From the NCBI GenBank assembly GCA_043818275.1, contig JBDRFY010000065.1:1-14406 (forward strand): a DNA stretch of 14,406 nt, written 5' to 3'. Position numbers and translations under genes: made by a program. This stretch comes from a bacterium (lineage in GTDB: Bacteria > Babelota > Babeliae > Babelales > JAUWHS01). The notes beneath the pieces were generated by a model. That model worked only from the letters and a program-made list of their open reading frames with translations. It had not been told where the DNA came from and did no database searches. Below, one piece after another: positions 1 to 9,021 of the stretch. Position 1 is the stretch's first letter; every line of letters starts with the position of its first letter.

Positions 1-250
1 GCTGAGCACGATATTTTTTATCGAGGACGAAGCGAGATGTTATCAGCCCCCTCAATTCAAGCGTTCAAGAATTGAAGGCGCTTTTTACAACAACTTATTT
101 CAATATATCAATGTTGATATTTAACATACAAGGACGAGCGGAGAGTGTTTCTTTCCCTTCTTCGTGTAAAACTTCGCAGGGTGCTCCGAAGCCTTGGCGG
201 GGGATGCAGAAGTAGTTTATACTGAATTTATCGAAGGGTTTAGCACGAGC
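1..250. repeat. Mosaic cluster of REP-like palindromic modules downstream of bamA
   Basis: GC-rich patch. CTGAGC..TCGAGGA at 2-27; AGGACGAGCGG at 131-141 (exact reverse complement of 14142-14152); head-to-head CGAAG hairpins at 155-207; AGTTTATACTGAATTTATCGAAGGG at 214-238, similar to 13091-13158 once the insert there is removed. Confidence 0.75.
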
Positions 251-310
251 TATTAGGGGGTTAATTTTAAAACGGTTGTCTTTCATTTATATCTTACAGA
301 TAGGAATTTC

Positions 311-2749
311 CTACCACGCGTAATTCATAGAAAGATGTAATTCACTTGAGGATTCACCTTTACGTTTATCCAATTTATATCCCCAATCAATTTTTGCTGG
401 CATTGGTTGCATTAGATTAAGACCAAATCCAATTGATTGTCGCATGTCAAATTTATTTCTTTGGATCAATGTTGTGTCTGAAATTCCATAAGTTGGCGTA
501 TCCCAGCCGGCGCCAGCATCATAGAAAACATGACCTCGCATTGAATAATCAGGAACGAGAGGAAACATTAATTCTGCATTAAATTGTACGGCATATCTTC
601 CACCCAATGGATCTCCGTTTACCCAGGCAGGACCAACAGTTCCCCAGACAAAACCGCGAACCGTATTTTGTCCTCCCATGTGATACAATTCTTTATAAGG
701 AATTGTTTTTTTATCATTTAAATAACTTATGGCCCCAGCTTTGCCATGCAACATTAAAACAAGGCTATCTTCTCCGATAATTGGAGTGTACCAGCTTGCT
801 TCCAGGTCAAATTTTATAAAACTATATTTTTCATTTAGTCCTGGAATGGCTAATTTTGTTCCAAAAGAATATCTGTAACCATGATTTGGATAAACCTGAT
901 GGTTTCTTGTGTCTTTTACCAAATCAAGAGTTAACCAGGAGAGAGTTCCTTGTTGAAAATGTCTGTCGACAATGGGTTGAAGTGATGTTGAAAATGGACC
1001 AATAACTGTAAAGTTTTTGTCTCTTGGTTTGTTAAAATTTATATCTTCAACACCAGCGCCAAGGATAAATTTTAATCGTTTGTCGAATTGTGGCAGTAAA
1101 AAACCAAGATTCATATCAAAACCTGTTAATTTTTCTACCGGTTTTTTTAGTTCAATTGAATTTCCATCATTAACAGCCAGGTTCTGCCATTGTTCAAATT
1201 CTTCCTGTTGTCTGTAAAGATTAAGAGCGCTTGAAACATCTGTGTCAAATATATTTGGATCAAAAAGACTTAATTGTAATTTATTAATTCTGTGTCTGTC
1301 TGCCTGAAATAAACCACCAACATTCCAGCCTCTGCCAAAAAGATTTTTTTTCTCAGCTGTAACATTTCCCTTTAAAGATCTTGTTGGTGAATTTTTATCA
1401 GTTCCGTAGTTAAGACCTGCTGATAATTGACCTGTTTTTGTTTCTTTAACATGTATTTCAAGATCAGCCAGATTTTTTGAAATTTTATGAATTCTCCAGC
1501 TGACGCTTCCTTTTTCAAAAAAACTTAAATATTCAACGTTGCCCTGAGAAGTGTTTAATTTTCTTGTTGTTATTAAATCTCCTTCATCAATTATTAATTG
1601 TCTTCTTATGACTTTATCTAAAGTTACTTTATTTCCGGAAATTATTATTCTGTGAACATACATTTTATCACCTCGTTCAGAGTGTAAGGTGACATCAACC
1701 GTTTTATTTTCTTCGTCAGGTTTTACCTGGGGGTAAACGTCCGCGTAAATATATCCTTTTTCTCCCCACAAGCCTTTAATATTATTTATTGAATTAATTA
1801 ATTTACTTTGACTATAAGGTTCACCGTGTTCGAGTTCAATTTTTTCCAAGAGTTCTTTTTCTGGAATTATTCCCTGCCCACCAAGAACGTCAATTTTGTT
1901 TACATTAAATTTATCACCTTCTTTGATGTAAAAAGTCACGTCTATATGTTTTTCATCTTTTGAAAATTCAACTTTTACATCAGCAACTTTTACCATTAAA
2001 TATCCGTGATCGCGATAAAAATATTCAATTCTGTGTTTGTCCATTTCTACTGCTTCAGGATTATATTGTCCGGAACTATCCATAAAATTTAAAAGCCAGT
2101 TTTCTCGTGTGAAAATAATTTTGCTAAGTTTGCGGCTTGGAATATGTTGATTACCGACAAAATAAACACGGGCTATTTTTGATGCCGGTCCTTCATTGAT
2201 TTCAAAAACGGCTTTTGCTTTGTCAGGACTTTTTGTGTCCGGAATTATTTTGAAGGTTATTTTTGCGTTATGATGATTTTCTTCTTTGTACATTTTGTCT
2301 ATTGCTCTGGTGATTTGTTGTAAATTTTCTTCGTCTATGGTTGAAAGCTTGTCCAGTTTTAGTTTTTCATTGAATTGTTTAGATTTAATTTTTTTATTTC
2401 CATGAAATTCAATTTTTTCCAGTAATTTTTTTTCTTCTATAACAATGAAAAGATTTATTTTATTTTCTTCGACCATTTCGGTTTCTATTTTTATTTGGCT
2501 GAAATAACCAAGCGGATAAAGATTGTTAATTGCTGCACCTGTTAGTTTCTTATCAAAAGCTTGGCCAACTTTATATGGAATTCTTTTTAATATTACTTCC
2601 GGTTTTACGTGTTTACTTCCCTCAATGATTATTTTATTAATGATTGGATTTGTATTTGTAGCGGTTTCTGCAAAATTTGAATTAAATAATAAAAAGTTTA
2701 AAAGTGCTAGAGTGAATAAAAAAACTCTGCTGCGCTTTTTGAAAAACAT
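311..2749 (-). CDS. bamA: Outer membrane protein assembly factor BamA (Omp85 family)
   Basis: 812 aa. N-terminal signal peptide; repeated POTRA-like segments (IxxIxIEGxxH, IEFHGNK, VYFVGNQ, IIISGNKVT); beta-barrel with loop-6 VRGF motif (GGQNTVRGF) and FYDAG; C-terminal aromatic residue (W); GGAG SD upstream. Confidence 0.96.
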   Translation of the reverse strand: MFFKKRSRVFLFTLALLNFLLFNSNFAETATNTNPIINKIIIEGSKHVKPEVILKRIPYKVGQAFDKKLTGAAINNLYPLGYFSQIKIETEMVEENKINLFIVIEEKKLLEKIEFHGNKKIKSKQFNEKLKLDKLSTIDEENLQQITRAIDKMYKEENHHNAKITFKIIPDTKSPDKAKAVFEINEGPASKIARVYFVGNQHIPSRKLSKIIFTRENWLLNFMDSSGQYNPEAVEMDKHRIEYFYRDHGYLMVKVADVKVEFSKDEKHIDVTFYIKEGDKFNVNKIDVLGGQGIIPEKELLEKIELEHGEPYSQSKLINSINNIKGLWGEKGYIYADVYPQVKPDEENKTVDVTLHSERGDKMYVHRIIISGNKVTLDKVIRRQLIIDEGDLITTRKLNTSQGNVEYLSFFEKGSVSWRIHKISKNLADLEIHVKETKTGQLSAGLNYGTDKNSPTRSLKGNVTAEKKNLFGRGWNVGGLFQADRHRINKLQLSLFDPNIFDTDVSSALNLYRQQEEFEQWQNLAVNDGNSIELKKPVEKLTGFDMNLGFLLPQFDKRLKFILGAGVEDINFNKPRDKNFTVIGPFSTSLQPIVDRHFQQGTLSWLTLDLVKDTRNHQVYPNHGYRYSFGTKLAIPGLNEKYSFIKFDLEASWYTPIIGEDSLVLMLHGKAGAISYLNDKKTIPYKELYHMGGQNTVRGFVWGTVGPAWVNGDPLGGRYAVQFNAELMFPLVPDYSMRGHVFYDAGAGWDTPTYGISDTTLIQRNKFDMRQSIGFGLNLMQPMPAKIDWGYKLDKRKGESSSELHLSMNYAW

Positions 2750-2865
2750 TATCTGTCTCCCGGCAAATTTAATTTTGTTTTCATAAAAAATTTAAGCGTA
2801 AGCGTAAGTATACACATACGACTAGGAATTTATAATACAATTTCAGCAGAAAATTGCCAGATTTT

Positions 2866-4353
2866 TTAATTAAGAAGATTGGTGATGATTGAGAATTCCT
2901 TTTGTTTTGTGTCTTCTGGCGTTTGCCATAAAACAAACTTTGGGATTATTTCTTTAATTGATTGGTCGTCAAAATTAATTTGATTTTGAATTTTTTCATC
3001 ATCATGTTTGATAACAGAAATAACATAATTATTTTTTAATTTATCTATATTTATGTCTACATCATTAATATCTAAATTTTCTATAGCTTTTATAAAAATT
3101 GGAGTAAATACTGCAACAGGTAATGGACCGAAAAGATCTTCTTTTTTCTTTGTATCTTGTTGCCAGCAAACAAACCATAAATCTTTATGCAATGGATCCA
3201 TCCCTTGTTTAAATATTTTTTTGTTCGAGAATATTCTTTGCAGGAAATTTTTATTTTCGGTTGGTTGTTCTTCTTTATCATCAGGTATTTTTTTTATTTT
3301 GTTATTTTCAATTTCTCTTCCAATCATTAATTTTGCCTGAATAACCTGAGGATTGTTTTTAAATTTTTCTTTATAAGTAAATCGTTGATCGCTATAAAGC
3401 CTTTTTGATGAAACCCAATCTGCCTTTTGTACATGATCCTCTTTTGAGTAGAAAAAATATGTTTTTTTAAATGTTTTATCAAAATAGAAAGGTTCAGTTT
3501 CCGGCTGAATTGGTGTACCGTAAAAAACTAGTTCATCAATAATTAAAGGATATTGTGCAGGATAGTAATCCCAAATTTTTTGTCCTTTTGTGCTTTTAAC
3601 TTCTTGTTTTGATTTGGCAAGTTTTTGTAGGTGAGCAAATATTTTTACTAATGTTTCATTTTCATTTTCATCTTCAGATAGTTTTTGTTCATTACTGATT
3701 TGTTCAGGATTCATATTTAAAATTTTATTAATTGCGGCCACGTTTAATACTAAATTACCTCCGTGGCTATGAGCTAAAATTCTTATTTTGGGATTAATTC
3801 CTTTGGCCTGATATTCTTTTATTTTTTCATTTAATTCATTGAAAAAACGGACAGATTCTTTTTGTCTTCTCTGTAAACTTAAAAGTCCACTCCAACCATA
3901 GGTATAAAAATGATTAACCTGATGTTTTGGCATAGTCTGATCAGAAATTGTCTGATATGACTTAATGATTGGATATGCGAGAAGTTTATTTCCTTTTGTC
4001 TGATTTAAATCAAAAGTTGGTTCAATCTGAACAAGTCCTTTTTCCAGCATTGGTTGATTTTGATAGAAATGAGGATTTTTGCGCATACCTTTTGTTAGCT
4101 TTTTGTATTGAGTACCTTCAACATTATCCTTAATAACATCTGTTAGACTTAAAAAGCCCAATAAAGAACCAAAAGAACCATGAACAAAAATATTCATCCA
4201 ATATTCTTTTCGCTTGGGTAAAGCATGAAATTTTTCTGTTTTTTGAGCAAGCCAATCATAAATATTATTTCTAAGGGGATTTTCTATAATAATTAATGCC
4301 AGAAATAATATTGAAATGACGGCCAGGAGTATTTTTTTAATATATTTTTTCAT
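2866..4353 (-). CDS. Membrane-anchored or secreted alpha/beta-hydrolase-fold protein (lipase/esterase-like)
   Basis: 495 aa. N-terminal hydrophobic anchor; oxyanion-type FVHGS; YGWSG; nucleophile elbow AHSHGG; downstream GTP motif; AAGGA SD upstream. Confidence 0.7.
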   Translation of the reverse strand: MKKYIKKILLAVISILFLALIIIENPLRNNIYDWLAQKTEKFHALPKRKEYWMNIFVHGSFGSLLGFLSLTDVIKDNVEGTQYKKLTKGMRKNPHFYQNQPMLEKGLVQIEPTFDLNQTKGNKLLAYPIIKSYQTISDQTMPKHQVNHFYTYGWSGLLSLQRRQKESVRFFNELNEKIKEYQAKGINPKIRILAHSHGGNLVLNVAAINKILNMNPEQISNEQKLSEDENENETLVKIFAHLQKLAKSKQEVKSTKGQKIWDYYPAQYPLIIDELVFYGTPIQPETEPFYFDKTFKKTYFFYSKEDHVQKADWVSSKRLYSDQRFTYKEKFKNNPQVIQAKLMIGREIENNKIKKIPDDKEEQPTENKNFLQRIFSNKKIFKQGMDPLHKDLWFVCWQQDTKKKEDLFGPLPVAVFTPIFIKAIENLDINDVDINIDKLKNNYVISVIKHDDEKIQNQINFDDQSIKEIIPKFVLWQTPEDTKQKEFSIITNLLN

Positions 4354-4586
4354 TTTAATTATCCTTAAGGCTAGATCCTTATGTTTTATAGGATCGTTAC
4401 ATCTTTATTTTAAATCAAAAAAGCATAAAGCAAAAATGCTTCAATATTCTAACTGATTTTTCCATCATTTTTTATATTTTGTTAAATTTTGATACAAATA
4501 GATAATTCTATTGTAATAAATAATTGGTTTTTTTAAATTAAGAAACAATTATTAAATTTCTGGATATTTAAATTAAGGGGCCGGTA

Positions 4587-5852
4587 ATGAAAAAAATTAT
4601 AGTGTTTTTGTGTTTATCTTTCTTTTTTTCTGCAGCTTTTTGTGAAGATCTTGCTGAAGTGGTTGGTGAACTTAAGGGGAGGACTGGTAAATTACTTGAG
4701 CAAACTGATCAGACATTAAAAAATCTGGAAACAAACTTTGATAAAGAAAAAATGGAAAAAAAGGATGCTTTGGTTTCAGAAGAGAAAAAGAGCGTTTCCC
4801 CGGACTGGAAAAAAGAGATAGATGTTGATTTTCATAATGATTTGGAGTTTCTTACAAATATAATCCTTAAGGGCGAAATAAGCGTTAGAGAACAACAAGA
4901 TTTTAAGGCCAGGTTTGAAGTTTTAAATAACTGGTTTAAGAAGACATTGAGTAATGTTGAATATTTTTATGATGATAATTTCAATGCTCTTATGCAGAAA
5001 AAATTGTCTATTGGCAGAGTTGTCAAAGCTCAAAAAATAGCTAATGAATTTATTGATAAAAAAAGTGAACAAATTGGTTTTAACAGAAAACTCGTTCCTC
5101 AAATAAAACTTATAACTTTATATGAACTTAATTCTGAAATTCAAAAAAAAGAATTGCAGGGAACCGTTGATGAGCTTGAAATAGGCCTAACAGACAAACG
5201 AATAAAAGAAATTGTAGATGAATCAATAGAAGAGGTGAAAAAAGAAACAATAGAATTTGGTGTTGATTTATTGATTGTTCAGGGGTTGGTTTTAAAGTTG
5301 AAAGAAATCAAAAAAGAATTAATGGAACAAGATAAGATGCTGGGAAAGATTGAAACATTAATTAAGGGTAAGTTTATTGAAAAGGATAAACGTATTTTGG
5401 AATTGGAATTACTTTTAAAAGATCAGACAAATTTGAGCCGACGAAAAATTGAAGAACAGTTTAAAGATAAACTGAAAAACTTGAAAAAAGAAAATTTAGA
5501 TTTCGAATTGTCATTAAAAGACAACGAAAAAGATACAGAATTACAACTAGAAACAAAGTTACATGAAAAATTGGCTGAATTTAAAAAACTTTTAACAGAA
5601 AAAGAAAAAGCTAATCTGGAATTACAGCTTCTTCTTGATCAGAGCAAAAAAGAAAAGGACCGGATGCAATTAAAGGTTAATGGATTAAAAGATCAGGTTG
5701 GAGAACAGAAAGAAATGGAGCTTCCTGAACAGGAATTGGAATTAAAACAAAAAGTTATTGAAAGTGAAGATAAGCGTTTGACCGATGTTTTAAAAGAAAT
5801 TGAAAGTGTTGAGCAGGAATTACAAAAAGAGCGAAAAACGGTTATTTCGTAA
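4587..5852 (+). CDS. Hypothetical secreted coiled-coil protein
   Basis: 421 aa. Sec-type signal peptide (MKKIIVFLCLSFFFSAAFC); E/K/L-rich heptad pattern in the C-terminal half; AAGGGG SD-like sequence upstream; terminator downstream. Confidence 0.85.
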   Translation: MKKIIVFLCLSFFFSAAFCEDLAEVVGELKGRTGKLLEQTDQTLKNLETNFDKEKMEKKDALVSEEKKSVSPDWKKEIDVDFHNDLEFLTNIILKGEISVREQQDFKARFEVLNNWFKKTLSNVEYFYDDNFNALMQKKLSIGRVVKAQKIANEFIDKKSEQIGFNRKLVPQIKLITLYELNSEIQKKELQGTVDELEIGLTDKRIKEIVDESIEEVKKETIEFGVDLLIVQGLVLKLKEIKKELMEQDKMLGKIETLIKGKFIEKDKRILELELLLKDQTNLSRRKIEEQFKDKLKNLKKENLDFELSLKDNEKDTELQLETKLHEKLAEFKKLLTEKEKANLELQLLLDQSKKEKDRMQLKVNGLKDQVGEQKEMELPEQELELKQKVIESEDKRLTDVLKEIESVEQELQKERKTVIS

Positions 5853-5885
5853 TCAATATTTCAATGTGTAATATTTAAAAATTGT

Positions 5886-5919
5886 ATACCGGGCGATTTT
5901 TTGGCCCGGTATTTTCGTT
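5886..5919 (+). terminator. Rho-independent terminator
   Basis: ATACCGGGC (5886-5894) and GCCCGGTAT (5904-5912) form a perfect 9-bp stem followed by TTTCGTT, about 35 nt after the 5852 stop. Confidence 0.7.
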
Positions 5920-6013
5920 GGGGGCTTTTGCGGTAGGGTTTTAATTTTGTTAGGTTAATTTTATATAAAATGGTTGTTATAAATGTGTGGTTATTAAATG
6001 GAGTGTTGGAAAA

Positions 6014-7384
6014 ATGGTGGTTAATTTTTTCAAACAAAATAAAAAAATTATATTTTTATCTATTTTATTTGTTGAAACATTTCAATTTGCTTATTCAGCA
6101 AATGTAAATGTTTCATCAAATGGACCAATTATATCTGTTGAACAAGATCCACAATCATCAAAACTATTATTTGATATTTCATCAAATCTTAAAGACGAGC
6201 AGTATACCCAATCAATTGCTTATTTGAGTAACGACAAACTTAGAAATGGGGTTTCTAAAGAATATGAGTATCAAAAGAAATTTAAGGATTTGGGTAAAGA
6301 TGCTTTTTCTAAATTTGTTGTTGATCCAATTTCTAAAGAAGTAGAGCTTCGTGATGATTATTATGTTTTTTATCATGGTCAAAAAAGAGATTTTTTATTT
6401 ATTCAAGATTTGTATTCTCGTTTAAGTGAACTCTTCAGAAAAAAGGCCTTAAAAGATTTTGTAATGCTTCGACTTCCAGAAAACGATCATAAAAAATTTA
6501 AAAATGTTAAACAGTTTTTGAATGAGTATAAAGAAGAAATGGAAAATTTTTGGGGATGGTTTGATGGTCAAAATCATATTAGTAAGATTCTTTTAGCTGT
6601 TAATCCATTTTTATTCGGAAATACAACAAATATTTTTGGATTAGAATGTACGTTTCAATATTTTTTAGATTCGCGCAGTATATCATATGTGGATATTGCT
6701 AATTTAGCTAGAGATGTTTTTAGGAATTTTGGTGTTTTATATGATAAATATGATACACAAATTATAGAATTGATTAATTGTTTATCTTTGTATGAAACAA
6801 ATAAAACTGGATTACTGTTACAAATTTTTGTACCTAAAGAAATAGTAAACAATGTTTCTTATCGATGTATTCCTGGTGGAATGCTTTATGATAAATCTGC
6901 AAAACAAAAGACATCTGAAGATTTGAGTAAGTATCAAACTTCTTCAAAAAATGGATTATTAGATAAGTATTTATTAGATCCTTCCAAAGCATTTAAATTT
7001 TATACTAAATATTATTCTGTATTTGGATTTTATGCCTCTTATGGAATTCCTCTGGCGTTAGCTAGTAGATTAATGGATAACGTTTCATATAAATTATCTG
7101 GCAACAAATTAATATATTGTTTTATTGGACAGTCTTTAGATTATGTATCAAGTAAATTTTTCGATATTTCACATGATGCATTTGAAAAATGTATTAACAA
7201 ATTACCATATAAAAAAGATATGGATTCCATGCAATTTAGAATTTTATTAACAGAAGATATTATGTTAAATCCGGATAGTGGAGTTAAAATTTTTAGATAT
7301 TGCAATGAAACTGAAGCTGTAAAAGAATATAAAACAAAATTTAATCATTTAATTGATGATATTAAACGGGATTATGGATTTTAA
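6014..7384 (+). CDS. Hypothetical secreted protein, possible ADP-ribosyltransferase-like fold
   Basis: Long ORF. The track starts at GTG 5987, but the in-frame ATG at 6014 precedes a signal-peptide-like segment ending AYS. Motifs YYVFYHGQ, LLAVN, LLQIFVP and MQFRILL. The function is inference only. Confidence 0.75.
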   Translation: MVVNFFKQNKKIIFLSILFVETFQFAYSANVNVSSNGPIISVEQDPQSSKLLFDISSNLKDEQYTQSIAYLSNDKLRNGVSKEYEYQKKFKDLGKDAFSKFVVDPISKEVELRDDYYVFYHGQKRDFLFIQDLYSRLSELFRKKALKDFVMLRLPENDHKKFKNVKQFLNEYKEEMENFWGWFDGQNHISKILLAVNPFLFGNTTNIFGLECTFQYFLDSRSISYVDIANLARDVFRNFGVLYDKYDTQIIELINCLSLYETNKTGLLLQIFVPKEIVNNVSYRCIPGGMLYDKSAKQKTSEDLSKYQTSSKNGLLDKYLLDPSKAFKFYTKYYSVFGFYASYGIPLALASRLMDNVSYKLSGNKLIYCFIGQSLDYVSSKFFDISHDAFEKCINKLPYKKDMDSMQFRILLTEDIMLNPDSGVKIFRYCNETEAVKEYKTKFNHLIDDIKRDYGF

Positions 7385-7388
7385 GTTG

Positions 7389-8630
7389 CTATTGCCATAA
7401 AGCAGATATTGGTACAGCCGTTAATTTGTCTCCAAATGGAAGAATTGTCTCTCCGGTGTAAAGTAAAATGCCCTGAATAAATTTTGTTCCAGAAATTTCC
7501 TGGAATTTTTTTAATCCTTTAAAATCATCACCTGATATTGTCTGACTGCTTTTAATTTCAATTGCCACCAGATCTCCGCCGGGACCTTCAAGAATGATAT
7601 CGACTTCATAATTTGAGTAATCGCGATAGTGAAATATTTCAATATTTATATCGCTCCAGGATATTTGTTTTAATAATTCAAGAACCACAAAATTTTCTAC
7701 CACCTTTCCAATAAGATTCTGATCTTTTATTAATCTATCAAGATCAATATTAAGTAAGTAAAGTTGCAACGCTGTATCGTTTAAATAAACTTTAGGTGAT
7801 TTAACTAAACGTTTACCTAAGTTTTTATTCCATGGTGGTAGTAAATAAATAAGAAATAATGTTTTTAATAAATCCAGATAACGTTGTAGTGTCATCGAAG
7901 ATAATTTAATTGATCTTGAAATTTCTTCTGTATTTAAAAGAGCTCCAACTCTGGATGCAAGAAGCATCATAATGTTTGGAATTTGAGTAATATTTTCTAT
8001 TTTTGATAAATCTAAAATATCTTTTTGTAGAACCAAAGAAACATAATCATTAAACCAGTCATGTCGTTGAGTTTCATTTTTCATTAAAAGTGGCGCGGGG
8101 TATCCACCTTTAATTATTCGTGATAATAAATTTTGTTTTGAGCTAGAAAGTTTTTTTGATGTTGAAAAGGGAATTTGATTAAATGCCTTATCAAGAAACG
8201 TTTCTTCTTTATCTTCTATTTCACCTTGGGATAGGGGCCATAAAGTTAATAAGCGCATTCTGCCTGCTAGGGAATCTCCCAATTTTGGAATAAGTAAAGG
8301 ATCGGCCGATCCGGTTAAAAAATATCTTCCTGGAATTCGATTTTCATCCACATCGCTTTTAATTGGAAGAAATAATTCAGGGACTCTTTGAATCTCATCT
8401 AAAATTACAGGCTTTTTTATTCTGGAAATAAAACTAACTGGATCATCTTTTGCTGCCATCAGTGTTGGTAGATGATCAAATGTTAAATAATTATAATTTA
8501 ATTTTATTTCTGATTTTTCAATTGATTTTACCAGGGTTGTTTTTCCTGTTTGCCGCGCTCCACGCAACAAAATTACAGGCATAAATTCAATAGCTTGTAG
8601 AATTTTTGGTTTTAAATGGCGTTTAAACAT
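7389..8630 (-). CDS. AAA+ ATPase (AAA_14) with DUF4143 domain and C-terminal PD-(D/E)xK-like motif
   Basis: 413 aa. Walker A GARQTGKT; Walker B VILDEIQ; LTGS and SLAGR; HTH-like segment; RLVKSPKVY; ENFV; EVD..AIEIKS. AAGGA SD at 8638-8642. Confidence 0.92.
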   Translation of the reverse strand: MFKRHLKPKILQAIEFMPVILLRGARQTGKTTLVKSIEKSEIKLNYNYLTFDHLPTLMAAKDDPVSFISRIKKPVILDEIQRVPELFLPIKSDVDENRIPGRYFLTGSADPLLIPKLGDSLAGRMRLLTLWPLSQGEIEDKEETFLDKAFNQIPFSTSKKLSSSKQNLLSRIIKGGYPAPLLMKNETQRHDWFNDYVSLVLQKDILDLSKIENITQIPNIMMLLASRVGALLNTEEISRSIKLSSMTLQRYLDLLKTLFLIYLLPPWNKNLGKRLVKSPKVYLNDTALQLYLLNIDLDRLIKDQNLIGKVVENFVVLELLKQISWSDINIEIFHYRDYSNYEVDIILEGPGGDLVAIEIKSSQTISGDDFKGLKKFQEISGTKFIQGILLYTGETILPFGDKLTAVPISALWQ

Positions 8631-8635
8631 AATTT

Positions 8636-8702
8636 TTTCCTTGAATTTCTATCGTTTAATGTTAGAAATTCTAACAGTAGATGATAGATTTTTTCAAGGA
8701 AA
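8636..8702. promoter_or_regulatory. 67-bp imperfect palindrome overlapping the ATPase RBS (candidate operator or RBS-sequestering hairpin)
   Basis: Arms: TTTCCTTGAA 8636-45 with TTCAAGGAAA 8693-8702; TCTATCGTTTA 8648-58 with TAGATGATAGA 8678-88; TGTTAGAA 8660-67 with TTCTAACA 8669-76. Confidence 0.6.
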
Positions 8703-8808
8703 GCTTAAAATTAGGCTAAAAACCCACAATTTTGAAGAAGTGGATTGTAAATTCAATAAAAAAGAGATTGTCCTTCTGTATATAAAGCTGAATCAGGAAA
8801 TGAAAATT

Positions 8809-9021
8809 TAGGCCCGTAGGGGCGACACATAAAAATGATTTTGAAAATTTATGTGCCGCCCCTACGGGCCTAGGTTGGTGGTATTATTCTTTATCCAGAG
8901 CTGCAACGCTTCGTACCGCACATGGCGGCACACTGGGCTAATAAAAGTCGCCCATTTTTCTTCTTCGCTAAAGCTTCGCAGAATCAATCTGCCGAAGTTT
9001 AAACGTAGGCTGACATGGGCT
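8809..9021. repeat. GTAG-type REP inverted pair plus a third, interrupted copy carrying nested hairpins
   Basis: 25-bp inverted repeats at 8809-8833 and 8848-8872 (1 mismatch, core GTAGGGGCGAC). GTCGCCC (8947-53) ... CATGGGC (9014-20) is split by a CGAAG hairpin doublet. GTACCGCACATGGCGGCAC at 8913-8931. Confidence 0.8.

Noticed and set aside
95..286. 63-aa minus-strand ORF after bamA
   Set aside because: Its middle is translated repeat modules (PFDKFSIN, PRQGFGA, PCEVLHEEG) and it has no recognisable domain; probably spurious.
1017..1217. 66-aa + ORF
   Set aside because: Antisense shadow of bamA.
2523..2786. 87-aa + ORF
   Set aside because: Antisense shadow of the bamA 5' end.
2793..2808. 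TAAGCG tandem repeat (about 2.7 units)
   Set aside because: Too short to separate from chance.
3053..3340. 95-aa + ORF and 63-aa - ORF (3090-3281)
   Set aside because: Both lie inside the 495-aa CDS, as antisense or alternative-frame artefacts.
6655..6852. 65-aa - ORF
   Set aside because: Antisense shadow of the 465-aa CDS.
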